64,000 nt of DNA from a virus. The stretch is taken from positions 12,017-76,016 of the IMG/VR virus record IMGVR_UViG_3300020463_001984; one strand, 5' to 3'. The position numbers were made by a program, and so were the translations under genes. A model generated the notes under the pieces. It was not told the DNA's origin. It searched no databases and saw nothing but the letters and a program-made list of their open reading frames with translations. Within the stretch, counting starts at the first letter, position 1. Each line of letters begins with the position of its first letter. Of the stretch, positions 1 through 9,930 are shown piece after piece.

Positions 1-1
1 C

Positions 2-289
2 TCAACTGCGATTGAAAAAACAATCACAGGAGCGACAGCGGCAGATCCAGTTGTAGTTACATCAGCCGGTCATGGTTTTAGTAACGGCGACAAGATCTCT
101 ATCAGAGGTGTTGTTGGTATGGTTGAATTAAATGTAGAAACTGCATTTACATTAGCCAACGTAGCAACTAATACATTTGAGTTATCAGGTGTTGACGGTT
201 CAGGTTACACTGCTTATACATCAGGCGGTGTTGCAACTAAGGCGGCGGCAACTAGTGGAAGTATTGTTGTAGACGCACAGGCGTCATAA
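2..289 (+). CDS. 3' end of a virion structural protein (partial, runs in from the left edge)
   Basis: Frame 2 is open from the window start to TAA TAA at 287-292. It reads ITGATAADPVVVTSAGHGFSNGDKISIRGVVGMVELN...YTAYTSGG; the same beta module recurs in 18491..23914. Confidence 0.75.
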   Translation, partial: STAIEKTITGATAADPVVVTSAGHGFSNGDKISIRGVVGMVELNVETAFTLANVATNTFELSGVDGSGYTAYTSGGVATKAAATSGSIVVDAQAS

Positions 290-296
290 TAAAGTT

Positions 297-328
297 TATA
301 GTGTAGGGGAGCAATCCCCTACATTGTA
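297..328 (+). terminator. Intergenic stem-loop with GNRA tetraloop (terminator or mRNA-stabilising hairpin)
   Basis: TGTAGGGGA-GCAA-TCCCCTACA is a perfect 9-bp stem right after a stop codon; the U tract is weak. Confidence 0.55.
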
Positions 329-346
329 TAATTAGGAATTTAGAGA

Positions 347-1312
347 ATGTCAAAATTTGTAAACGTAGCAAATGGAAATTATAAAGTTACTGTTCAACCA
401 GGTGGTACCATCACTATGGACACTGGAGTTGCATCAGGACAATTTATTGTTACGGGTGACCTTACAGTACAAGGTGCAACAACTTTTGTAAGTTCTACAG
501 ACATAGACATAAAAGATAATGTCATAACTTTAAACAAAGGCGAAACTGGTGCAGGTGTAGGGTTAGGAACTTCTGGTATAAGAATAGACAGAGGTACTTT
601 ACCAGATGCAGTATTAGTATTTGATGAAACAATAACATACAATGAACCTGTAACACAAACTATCAAGCAAGGTGCTTTTAAATTTAAAGATCAAAATAAT
701 GATAACGTAGGATTTTTTCTTACACACATTGCAACAGGTGGATCAAATTTAAATTTAATTAATCAAGGTACTGGTGTAATAAATGTTTCCGGAACAGCCA
801 ACTACGAAAACCAAGTACAATTTGATGATGACATTCCAAACAGAAAATTTGTAGTTGACAGAATTCAAAATGCCTTTTTAGGATTTTCAAGTCCTCAAAT
901 TACAAGCGGTGATACACAGGTTAAAGTAACTGATATAAGTGAAGACAGTACTATATCACAAGCATTTGTAGATATTAACGGGCAACGTACTGCAACATTT
1001 TTTGAGGAAAGAACAGAATTATTTGACATAATGATCAAAGGTTCTACAATTAGTTCATATCTAAGTAATAGTGATTTAGTTTTAGAATCTCCAGGAACTG
1101 GAAGTGTAAGAATAGATGATACAATACATATCAACTCAACACCAGGACTAGACGATAATACAATAGATCCAGTGGCACCAACAGATGGGGTAAAAATATA
1201 TGCTAAAGCCGAAGGTAGTGGTAATACTGGTATATATTATGTAAATAGTAATAGTGAACGCGATGAACTTATTAGTAGGAATAGATCATTGCTTTACGGA
1301 ATGTTATTTTAA
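347..1312 (+). CDS. Virion structural/fibre-associated protein
   Basis: Fibre-type motif GDLTVQGATT..DIKDNVITLN..SGIRIDRG; Thr/Gly/Asn-rich; hydrophobic C-terminus LLYGMLF. Confidence 0.65.
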   Translation: MSKFVNVANGNYKVTVQPGGTITMDTGVASGQFIVTGDLTVQGATTFVSSTDIDIKDNVITLNKGETGAGVGLGTSGIRIDRGTLPDAVLVFDETITYNEPVTQTIKQGAFKFKDQNNDNVGFFLTHIATGGSNLNLINQGTGVINVSGTANYENQVQFDDDIPNRKFVVDRIQNAFLGFSSPQITSGDTQVKVTDISEDSTISQAFVDINGQRTATFFEERTELFDIMIKGSTISSYLSNSDLVLESPGTGSVRIDDTIHINSTPGLDDNTIDPVAPTDGVKIYAKAEGSGNTGIYYVNSNSERDELISRNRSLLYGMLF

Positions 1313-1321
1313 GGAGGACAA

Positions 1322-1654
1322 ATGGCACTAGCGAATTCATTAATTGGAGCAACTAACACAAACGTAGTAGTTGTCCCTGCTGGAAAACAGTATGCTATTT
1401 TGACTTTAATGGTATGTAATACTGCGGCAGAAGATCCGACTGGAAGTAATGACAGTAAATTTGATTTACACTTTGTACCTTCAGGACAAAGTATTGGTGC
1501 AGTGAACCAAGTTTGTAAAGAAATAAATGTTACTGGCGCAGAAACATTTACATTTGACACAGAGAAAATGGTCCTAAGTCCAGGTGATTCCATTGTTGCT
1601 GTATCACAAGCACCGTTAAACTTGTCAGCGACAGTTAGTTTTTTAGAGGTATAA
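1322..1654 (+). CDS. Small virion adaptor-like protein, family A copy 1 (paralog of 9127 and 23928)
   Basis: SD AAGGAGG; shared pattern VPA...L.VCN......EK.VL..GD; ends VSFLEV. Confidence 0.7.
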   Translation: MALANSLIGATNTNVVVVPAGKQYAILTLMVCNTAAEDPTGSNDSKFDLHFVPSGQSIGAVNQVCKEINVTGAETFTFDTEKMVLSPGDSIVAVSQAPLNLSATVSFLEV

Positions 1655-1655
1655 G

Positions 1656-2159
1656 ATGAAATTTTTGAAGGCTCAAACTACTAATATACGTGGTATCCAA
1701 CACGGCAAAGGAATTTATTTCGATGCCGATGAAGGTGTACGTATGGAGTCTACAAACTCATTAAATATACCAAGAGGAAGTAACGCACAAAGACCGAACA
1801 CTGCTCAGGTTGGACAGATAAGATACAACACACAAGAAAACTATGTTGAGTTTTATCAGTCAGGTGTTTGGAAACCAATTAGATTACAAGAACCTACAAC
1901 AATAACACAACAAAGTTTAGGTAATGGCGACGGTACTGAAACAGTATTTGGTCCATTAGCAAGTGGCGATAGTGCTTTTCCTGTTCCTAATGCGGCACAG
2001 AACGTAATTGTTTTAGTTGAGAACGTTTTTCAATTATCAACAACAAACTATACACTTGTACAAAACCCGGCAGGTAAAGCCGCAGGTTATTATATTAGTT
2101 TTACAACAGCAGTACCATTAGGAAAGCCTGTAACGGTCCTACACAACTTTGACAAATAA
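1656..2159 (+). CDS. Virion structural protein with PxGxxAQRP...GxIRYNT fibre module
   Basis: IPRGSNAQRP..GQIRYNTQ..EFY..G.W; this module also occurs twice each in 2405 and 5409. Confidence 0.65.
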   Translation: MKFLKAQTTNIRGIQHGKGIYFDADEGVRMESTNSLNIPRGSNAQRPNTAQVGQIRYNTQENYVEFYQSGVWKPIRLQEPTTITQQSLGNGDGTETVFGPLASGDSAFPVPNAAQNVIVLVENVFQLSTTNYTLVQNPAGKAAGYYISFTTAVPLGKPVTVLHNFDK

Positions 2160-2371
2160 TGTCCGACAACGGTATATCACACTTAACATATAAAAGACAG
2201 CGTCAAGAAGCAAAATTAAAACTTGCGGCAGAAAAACGTGCGGCAACAGGTAAAAGATCTACACTTAAAAAAGGTTTAGTGCCTACACTATACACACCTA
2301 GCAATAACGACTCTAGTAAATTAAAAAAAATCACAACAGGTACACTAAAAACTGGTCGTCCTTGGACATAA
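2159..2371 (+). CDS. Small basic hypothetical protein
   Basis: TAATG stop/start coupling with the upstream gene; Lys/Arg-rich, 70 aa. Confidence 0.6.
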   Translation: MSDNGISHLTYKRQRQEAKLKLAAEKRAATGKRSTLKKGLVPTLYTPSNNDSSKLKKITTGTLKTGRPWT

Positions 2372-2377
2372 GATTCC

Positions 2378-2385
2378 GATAAATA
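2378..2385 (+). promoter_or_regulatory. Putative late promoter GATAAATA
   Basis: Variant of the T4 late -10 element TATAAATA. The TAAATA core recurs in nearly every intergenic gap of the structural region. Confidence 0.65.
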
Positions 2386-2404
2386 TAGTTAAGGAGTACT
2401 AACT

Positions 2405-5248
2405 ATGAGTCTGGGAAGAATATCCGGTCCGCTTTTACAAAGCAACTTACAAAGACAAACTGATCTAGCAATAGAAACTAATCTATTGTATATTGGTCAT
2501 TCTGACGGTAAGATTGGTATTAAGACAGTTACTCGACCAAGAGACTTTACCATTGATGGTACAGCAAAGTTTAGAAATGCAACAGCAGGACAACCAGATT
2601 TATTCATAAACAATTCTGTAGTTTTAGGAAATTTAACATTAAGCACAACAGGTATAGACAGTTTAACAGGTTCTATAAACTTACAATCAGGAACAGATAT
2701 TGTCGTTGGTGGATTAGCAACTAATCAAATTAAAATAGACGGCAATGTAATTTCGACTTACAATACAAATAGTGATATTGATATTAGACCAAATGGAATA
2801 GGAACTAATGAAATTGTAACAGCAGGAAAAACTGTCACTGTAACAGGTGATACAAAAGCAACTGGTAATATTACATTCGATGGTAGTGTTATTATTGCTG
2901 GTACAGGTGATGAAGATAACTTTACAATTAATGCTGACATAGTTGGTAATTTAGTTCCGGACGTAACAAATACATATGACCTAGGTGTAACTGGAAAACG
3001 TATGAGTTTGTATGCAGAAGAAATAACAACCAACAGTGTTTTTACAGAAAACTTAATTTATCAAGGTATTGATTTAACAAAACGTGTAGGAAACATTTAT
3101 GTTGCAACAAATGGATTAGATACAAACGTTGGAGACACAGTACAAGGTGCCGTTAGAACTTTAAAAAAAGCATTAACGATTGCAACAGCAGGACAAGTTA
3201 TTAATATTGAGCCTGGAGAATATGAAGAACAATTTCCTTTACAGATTCCAGTAAATGTAACCATTAAAGGTAGAGATTTAAGAAACTGTATAATCAAACC
3301 TACGACAGCAACAAATGATAAAGATTGTTTTTTACTAGACGGTGAAACTACTGTAACAGATTTAACTATCAAAGACTTTTATTATAACAGTACAGACAAT
3401 ACAGGATACGCATTCCGCTTTAGAAGTGGTGCAAAGGTTACGTCAAGGTCGCCTTATATAATGAATATAACTGTAATAACAAAAGGAAGTGTTACAAGTG
3501 CAAGTGATCCAAGAGGTTTTGCACAAGGAGACGCAGGAAAAGGTGTATATGTTGACGGAGAAGTTTGTGATCATGATACAAATGAAGCAAGTATGTTATT
3601 CCATGCGGCAACATTTATTACTCCTGGTGTTGATGCACTAACAATGACTAACGGTGTAAGAGTTGAGTGGTTAAATTGTTTTACATATTTTGCAAATACA
3701 GGAATGTATGCTTTAAATGGTCCAGGAAGATGGAGAAGTGATAGTGTATTAATCAAAGGAGCAGAGGTTAGATCCATTGGAAGTGCCTGTGTATATGGAA
3801 ACATAGGAGCAAAGGCAGATGGTGCCAATTGTTTAATGTATTTGATACAACATAATATGGCTTATGTTGGTGCAGGTAAAGAACCAACTAATGATAAAAC
3901 ATTAATTAATCAAGCAAATGAAATTATAGAATTAAACAGTGGAAATGTTTACTATCAAACTGTCGATCAAAGCGGAAACTTTAGAGTAGGCGACGACTTT
4001 TTTATTGATTTTGAAAAAGGAACAACAAGTATTGATACAAGTTCTATTGCAGGTGGACTTACTAGTTTAAAAATTACAACAGGTACAGCGGAAACCTTCT
4101 TAGATGGATCAAAAGTCCAAACTGGTAACATAAGAGTAAAAAGTCCTAATACAGTTTCTAGTATTGATGGAGATATTACTTTTAATTCTATAACAGGACA
4201 GCATAATTTAAAAACAAATGTAACAGCACCGAGTATTACTACTGGTGGAAATGTAACTTTAGCAGGATCTTTAATTAACTTTGGTAATGATCCTAGTGAT
4301 ACAATAGACTTTAATACTCCGTTTGCACAAGATATAAAACCTAATCAGCATATGGTTTACAATTTAGGTAGTCCAACTAAACGTTGGTTGAACAGTAATC
4401 TATCACAAACACTTGTAGATGATTTTAGAATATATGATAACGTTATAGAACAAACATCAACAAATGCAAACTTAGAACTTAATCCTCAAGGAACAGGAAA
4501 AGTTGTGTTTGATAACATTACAGCAAGTGGCGATACTCTAGCAAGTACAAATGCAACTGATTTAAGACTTAATGCAAACACATCATTTACAATAAGTGCT
4601 AATGGATCTATAGAATTGCCTACAGGTAGTACAGTACAACGTAAAAACCAAGTTGCAGATTTAAGATATAATTTAGATATAGGAGAATTTGAAGGTAACA
4701 ACGGCGGTACAGTGTATTTTCCAACTATGCGTGATGGAGATAGAGACACATATATTAATTTAAATGATAATCAGTTTAGATTTGTTACTGCAAACCAACA
4801 AAATACACTATTGAATCAACATATTCTACAAACAAACAAGTTTACAAGTGATAATAAGTTTAGTTTAGATGGAAATACTATAACATCAGCAACAGCAGAT
4901 GCAGATATTAACTTATTTGCCAATGGTACAGGTGGAATTCCATTTGAAGATGTTGAATTTAAAGGACAAACTGTTACTAACAAACTAAACACTCCGTTTA
5001 CATTTGGACTTGCAGATGCTTACAGTTATTTGAAGTTTGACAATGTATATGGACTAGTTGTACCAGCAGGTGATAACTCAAACAGACCTGGAACACCAGA
5101 GCAAGGTACTACACGTTGGAATCAAGACCAAGGATATTTAGAAACTTGGAACGGTACACAATGGGTATTAGCGGCTGGAGGTGGTGCTTCTGTGACACAG
5201 GAATATGCAGAAGATATCAACTTTTTGTGGGCAACTTTACTAGGCTAA
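2405..5248 (+). CDS. Tail fibre/spike-like protein with pectin-lyase-like beta-helix (paralog of 5409)
   Basis: SD AAGGAG; YVATNGLD..G...A..T.KKAL...I.IEPGEYEE.FP..I.G..LR beta-helix entry motif; N-terminus GRISGPLL.SNL.R shared with 5409. Confidence 0.7.
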   Translation: MSLGRISGPLLQSNLQRQTDLAIETNLLYIGHSDGKIGIKTVTRPRDFTIDGTAKFRNATAGQPDLFINNSVVLGNLTLSTTGIDSLTGSINLQSGTDIVVGGLATNQIKIDGNVISTYNTNSDIDIRPNGIGTNEIVTAGKTVTVTGDTKATGNITFDGSVIIAGTGDEDNFTINADIVGNLVPDVTNTYDLGVTGKRMSLYAEEITTNSVFTENLIYQGIDLTKRVGNIYVATNGLDTNVGDTVQGAVRTLKKALTIATAGQVINIEPGEYEEQFPLQIPVNVTIKGRDLRNCIIKPTTATNDKDCFLLDGETTVTDLTIKDFYYNSTDNTGYAFRFRSGAKVTSRSPYIMNITVITKGSVTSASDPRGFAQGDAGKGVYVDGEVCDHDTNEASMLFHAATFITPGVDALTMTNGVRVEWLNCFTYFANTGMYALNGPGRWRSDSVLIKGAEVRSIGSACVYGNIGAKADGANCLMYLIQHNMAYVGAGKEPTNDKTLINQANEIIELNSGNVYYQTVDQSGNFRVGDDFFIDFEKGTTSIDTSSIAGGLTSLKITTGTAETFLDGSKVQTGNIRVKSPNTVSSIDGDITFNSITGQHNLKTNVTAPSITTGGNVTLAGSLINFGNDPSDTIDFNTPFAQDIKPNQHMVYNLGSPTKRWLNSNLSQTLVDDFRIYDNVIEQTSTNANLELNPQGTGKVVFDNITASGDTLASTNATDLRLNANTSFTISANGSIELPTGSTVQRKNQVADLRYNLDIGEFEGNNGGTVYFPTMRDGDRDTYINLNDNQFRFVTANQQNTLLNQHILQTNKFTSDNKFSLDGNTITSATADADINLFANGTGGIPFEDVEFKGQTVTNKLNTPFTFGLADAYSYLKFDNVYGLVVPAGDNSNRPGTPEQGTTRWNQDQGYLETWNGTQWVLAAGGGASVTQEYAEDINFLWATLLG

Positions 5249-5283
5249 AAAGAACTGCTTACTTAACTACTTTACCAAAATCA

Positions 5284-5291
5284 CATAAATA
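5284..5291 (+). promoter_or_regulatory. Putative late promoter CATAAATA
   Basis: TAAATA core about 117 nt upstream of the GTG start at 5409. Confidence 0.6.
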
Positions 5292-5296
5292 ATAGT

Positions 5297-5408
5297 AATG
5301 CAACAATGGCCGACCAAGCCGTTGCAGGACAAACCGCGGTTAACCAGCGATTGGGTAGGTCAAGATAGGTTAGTGGGACATTAATGATCCCCGTGTTAGG
5401 AGAATAAG
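5297..5408 (+). ncRNA. Candidate structured 5' leader RNA
   Basis: GC-rich island in an AT-rich genome. Stems TGCAAC..GGC/GCC..GTTGCA, CGCGG/CCAGCG and GGGA..CAT/ATG..TCCC lie immediately before SD AGGAG and the GTG start. Confidence 0.4.
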
Positions 5409-8400
5409 GTGGCAGTTGGTCGTATTTCGGGTCCACTCTTAAAGTCCAATCTATTGCGTAATGGCGTAGATCTGGCTTTTGAGACAGACCTATTATATCT
5501 AGATGTAAGTAATAGCCGAGTAGGTATTAAGACTACCACTCCTCAACACCCATTAGACGTCAACGGTTCAGCAAGAATTACAGATTTAGATATTTTAACT
5601 CCTAATCTACCAATAGGAAATATTACAATCAATGGATCAACAAATACAATTAGCACATCAGCGGCTAGTTTGAACATTGGTACACCTAACTCAGTTGTAT
5701 ATCAAAATAAGATTGTAGTAGATAATATTACATTAGACGGTAATATAATCCAAGCAACAAACACTAATGGAAACTTAGAATTTAGACCACAAGGTACTGG
5801 TACTGTTAATTTCTTTGGTGATACAAATATTACAGGTAATTTACACGCAACAGGAAATATAAGTGCTGATGGAAACATTGTAATTGGTGATGCAGACACT
5901 GATACACTTACAATTAATGCGGATATAGCCGGTGATTTAATACCAGATGTAACAAACACATACGATATAGGTACAACATCTAAACGTTGGAAGCATGGTT
6001 ACATTAATAATCTTACAACAACTACTTTAAATTCAAACAGTATTACACTTTCAGGTATTAATCTTGTAAGCACACCTGGTAATTTATACTATGTTGGTGC
6101 AAATGGTGATGATACAAAAACAGGAACACACCCACAAGATCCATATTTGACAGTTGCGAAAGCATTATCAGTAGCAACTGCTGGTGATACAGTTTACGTT
6201 TACCCAGGAACTTATCAAGAAGTATTTCCTTTAACAATACCAGCCGGCGTTGCAGTAAAAGGAACAGGATTAAGATCAGTAAAAATTACTCCAACAGCAG
6301 GAACAAATACAAATGATGCAATATACTTAAACGGTGAGTCAACATTAGAAGATTTAACAATAGCAGATTTTTATTATGACTCTTCAAATGACACAGGTTA
6401 CGCATTTAAGTTTGCAAATAATATGCTTGTTACTTCTAGATCACCTTATCTTAGAAACTTAACAATATTAACTAAAGGTTCAGTCACTTCTGCAAGTGAT
6501 CCTAGAGGATTTGATCAAAATGATGCAGGTCGTGGTGCATTTTTAGATGGATCAGTAGTAAACTCTTCAAGCAGAGAAGCAGGTTGTTTATTTCATGCAG
6601 TAACATTTATTACTCCTAACCAAACTGCTTTACATATTAAGAATGGTACTAGAATAGAATGGTTAAATTCATTTACATATTTCGCAGACAAAGGTATATT
6701 AGCAGAGAATGGAACAACAGGTTTATATGGTGCTGGTAAAACAAAGGTAAAACTTAGAGATGTATCAGGAACTTTTACAGCAGGACAAAGTTTTTCTTAT
6801 TACGAAGGCGGTAATTTAAGAGCAAACGGAAGTATTGCAAGTGTCGATGGTGCGTATGTTTACTTAACAGGTAACATTGCAAACTTAATTGAAGCAGGTG
6901 CAAGGGTTGGAAAAACTGTAACTGCTAACGGTAACGTGCAAATAGATACAGCAATTAAAAAGTTTGGACAAGGATCAGTATTATTCGACGGCACAGATGA
7001 TTATCTTTCAATAGCATCTAATGATGACTTTGGATTCGGCACAGGTGACTTTGCATTTGAAGGTTGGATTTACTGTACAAACATTTCAGGTAACAGAACA
7101 ATATTTGATTTCAGAGGAGGTTCTGATAGTGATACAGCACCTACTTTAGAAATAAACGGATCAGGTGCATTAAATTATAATGTAGGCGGAACAACACAAA
7201 TTACGGGCGGTACTGTGGTAGTGAATACATGGCATCATGTTGCAGTATCAAGATTAAGTGGCGTAACAAGATTATTTTTAGATGGAAGTAAGTTATCAAG
7301 TGACTATACAGATACAAATAATTATGGAACTACAAAACCTATGTACATAGGTGCAAGTCATGATGGTACTGAAGACTTTATCGGACACATGGACGACATC
7401 AGAGTATCCCGAATAAACAGATACACTGGAAACTTTACACCACCAACAGGTGAAATTGCTAACGATGAATATGTAAGATTAGTTTTAAGATTTAATGACC
7501 AAACAGATGCATCAACAACATTTACTGATGACGGTATATACGAACAGGATATTAGATGTGGTAATGGCGCAACTGCTAAATTTATGGACTTGGTTGACTA
7601 TACAGACTTTGGTGGAGAGATTAGATCCATAGCAAGTGCTTGTATATACGGAAACTACGGAGCATATGGTAGTGGTAACGGTGTAACAATGTACCTAATT
7701 GGTACAAACTTTGCATACATTGGTTTAGGCAAAGAAGTTGACAATGATCCAACACAGGTTATTCAAGCACAAGAAACAACTGAACTTAATGGTGCAAGAG
7801 TTTATTTTAATTCAGTTGACCATAAAGGTGATTTTAGAGTTGGTGATTTATTCCATGTTGATCAACAGACAGGTACAGTAAACTTTACAAATGCAAACTT
7901 TAATATTGATACTACAACTGGCGTAACTTTTACAGATGGTTCTAGTACAACTACTATTGATGGATCAAAAGTCCAAACTGGAAATGTAAAATTAAGTTCA
8001 AACATTGTTGAATCACTATCGGGTGATTTAAATATTGATGCATCAGGTAAAATTAATTTTAATGACAATGTGTCTATTACAGGAAACTTAGATGTATCAG
8101 GTGACTTAACTATTGGCGGAAATATTACAATAGGTGATGCGGCATCAGACACAATACAAATAACAGCAGGTATTGAAAGTGATCTAGTACCAAGCACAGA
8201 CGGAATTTATAATTTAGGTTCATCAACAAAACAATGGTCAAATTTATACACAGGAAGATTAAACGTTGACAGTATTGCTATTGATGACAATTACATTACA
8301 ACTACTGATTCAAATACAGATTTAGAATTAAGAGCGAACGGCACAGGTGATGTTGTAATTGATAATTTAAGATTTAACACTAACACAATTAGAAACCTAA

Positions 8401-9122
8401 GCGGTGACATGGTTTTAGATCCTGCTTCAGAAACTGTACACTTTGATAGTACAGGAAGTATAAGATTACCTGCAGGGACAACTGCACAAAGACCAGGTAC
8501 TCCTGTGGTAGGTATGATAAGATATAACACTGATACAAATGTATTTGAAGGATATGATGGAAACTGGATTGCACTAAATGGTTTATATGACTTAGACCAA
8601 GACACATATATTTCACCTGAAACATCACCAGGATCAGATGATGACACATTAAATTTTTATGCTGGTGGTACTTTGGTTGCATCAGCAAACGCACAAAGAT
8701 TTGATATACCAAAATTAAGTGTAGATCAGATTGAAATCAGTGGAGATACTATTACAACTACCGTAACCAACGGAGATTTGAACCTTGTTGCTAATGGTAG
8801 TGGTGGGGTAAATGTAGAAAACTTTAGTTTTAATGCAAATTCGATAACTAATAATGTAGCCGGTGGTGTAACAACTTTGGCTCAATCAGGCACAGGATAT
8901 TTCAAAATTGAAGGCACAGGCGGATTTGTAATACCAACAGGTAACAACTTTAATAGACATCCAACTCCAGTTTTAGGAATGATGAGATTTAATACCGCTG
9001 ACGATAGAGTAGAAATATACGATGCAAGTAATAACTGGGTTTCAGTAGCAGGTAGTTCAGGTGCAGTTTCGGCCTTGGACGCAGAAAATATTGCAATCCA
9101 AACTGCGATAATAATGGGATAA
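5409..9122 (+). CDS. Tail fibre/spike-like protein: beta-helix with inserted LamG/ConA-like lectin domain
   Basis: GTG start with SD AGGAG; colinear with 2405. Extra segment KFGQGS..FDGTDDYL..FGTGDF.FEGW...WHHVAVSR...FIGHMDDIRVS is the LamG-like pattern. Confidence 0.75.
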   Translation: MAVGRISGPLLKSNLLRNGVDLAFETDLLYLDVSNSRVGIKTTTPQHPLDVNGSARITDLDILTPNLPIGNITINGSTNTISTSAASLNIGTPNSVVYQNKIVVDNITLDGNIIQATNTNGNLEFRPQGTGTVNFFGDTNITGNLHATGNISADGNIVIGDADTDTLTINADIAGDLIPDVTNTYDIGTTSKRWKHGYINNLTTTTLNSNSITLSGINLVSTPGNLYYVGANGDDTKTGTHPQDPYLTVAKALSVATAGDTVYVYPGTYQEVFPLTIPAGVAVKGTGLRSVKITPTAGTNTNDAIYLNGESTLEDLTIADFYYDSSNDTGYAFKFANNMLVTSRSPYLRNLTILTKGSVTSASDPRGFDQNDAGRGAFLDGSVVNSSSREAGCLFHAVTFITPNQTALHIKNGTRIEWLNSFTYFADKGILAENGTTGLYGAGKTKVKLRDVSGTFTAGQSFSYYEGGNLRANGSIASVDGAYVYLTGNIANLIEAGARVGKTVTANGNVQIDTAIKKFGQGSVLFDGTDDYLSIASNDDFGFGTGDFAFEGWIYCTNISGNRTIFDFRGGSDSDTAPTLEINGSGALNYNVGGTTQITGGTVVVNTWHHVAVSRLSGVTRLFLDGSKLSSDYTDTNNYGTTKPMYIGASHDGTEDFIGHMDDIRVSRINRYTGNFTPPTGEIANDEYVRLVLRFNDQTDASTTFTDDGIYEQDIRCGNGATAKFMDLVDYTDFGGEIRSIASACIYGNYGAYGSGNGVTMYLIGTNFAYIGLGKEVDNDPTQVIQAQETTELNGARVYFNSVDHKGDFRVGDLFHVDQQTGTVNFTNANFNIDTTTGVTFTDGSSTTTIDGSKVQTGNVKLSSNIVESLSGDLNIDASGKINFNDNVSITGNLDVSGDLTIGGNITIGDAASDTIQITAGIESDLVPSTDGIYNLGSSTKQWSNLYTGRLNVDSIAIDDNYITTTDSNTDLELRANGTGDVVIDNLRFNTNTIRNLSGDMVLDPASETVHFDSTGSIRLPAGTTAQRPGTPVVGMIRYNTDTNVFEGYDGNWIALNGLYDLDQDTYISPETSPGSDDDTLNFYAGGTLVASANAQRFDIPKLSVDQIEISGDTITTTVTNGDLNLVANGSGGVNVENFSFNANSITNNVAGGVTTLAQSGTGYFKIEGTGGFVIPTGNNFNRHPTPVLGMMRFNTADDRVEIYDASNNWVSVAGSSGAVSALDAENIAIQTAIIMG

Positions 9123-9126
9123 GTGA

Positions 9127-9456
9127 ATGGCAACGTTTTTTAAAAATAAAGTAATTAAAGATGTAGGAAAACAAGCAGTAGAGATTTATACTACAGGTGT
9201 TTCTACAAAGACTACGGTAATTGGACTTGCACTTTGTAATTTAACTGCAAGTGTTATTTCAGTAAGTATCTTAATAAGCGATGACACTTCTGTCACAGGA
9301 TATTATCTCAAAGATGTACTTGTTCCACCGAACTCAACTTTGAAAGCATTGAACGGTGGTGAAAAATTAGTATTGCCTGCAACGAATGTGATATTCGCAC
9401 AAAGTAACATTGATGCAAGTTTAGATGTCATCATGAGTTACGTGGAGATTGTATAA
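9127..9456 (+). CDS. Small virion adaptor-like protein, family A copy 2
   Basis: MATFFKN...IYT...VIGL.LCN...GEKLVL...SYVEIV, matching 1322 and 23928. Confidence 0.7.
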   Translation: MATFFKNKVIKDVGKQAVEIYTTGVSTKTTVIGLALCNLTASVISVSILISDDTSVTGYYLKDVLVPPNSTLKALNGGEKLVLPATNVIFAQSNIDASLDVIMSYVEIV

Positions 9457-9917
9457 TGAGTGGATCTTTTTATGTTGGTCCTAATCCAAGCGACTTAATC
9501 TTTGACGGATTAGGTGAAAGATTCTTTTATGGTTTGAGAAGAACCGATGATGGAGAATTATTTCTTGCTAAGATTGATCAATTAGGAAGTGACTCATTAA
9601 TTATTAATAAGTCTGGTGATCCTGTAAAAAATTATCCAGACTTTGAAGAAGGAAATGAATTTTTTGATGGTAGAGATAGCAATCATAATTTAGTATATGA
9701 AAATTTAAACTACGAACAGTTTAGATGGGACGATGCGAATTTAGTTTACTACATTAACAATGAAGGTGAACTAGTTGTACGTGTCAACCAAGACGCTGAT
9801 GCAGGAACGATCACTTATGCAGACACAACCGAAGATGAAGGAAGTGGTGTATCAACTGGTTGGGACGAAACAGGATATACATTTGATAACAATAGTTTGA
9901 CATACGACAAAACATAG
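9456..9917 (+). CDS. Virion protein, family B copy 1 (paralog of 11406)
   Basis: FYGLRRTDDG...YENLNYEQ.RWDD motif shared with 11406; TAATG coupling. Confidence 0.7.
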   Translation: MSGSFYVGPNPSDLIFDGLGERFFYGLRRTDDGELFLAKIDQLGSDSLIINKSGDPVKNYPDFEEGNEFFDGRDSNHNLVYENLNYEQFRWDDANLVYYINNEGELVVRVNQDADAGTITYADTTEDEGSGVSTGWDETGYTFDNNSLTYDKT

Positions 9918-9930
9918 GAGTAGATGAAAG

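Noticed and set aside
5325-5385. Resemblance of CAGGACAAACC...GTGGGAC to the c-di-GMP-I riboswitch P2 strands
   Set aside because: The closing pairs do not match, and the GNRA loop and downstream P3 are not evident. Kept only as an unassigned structured leader.
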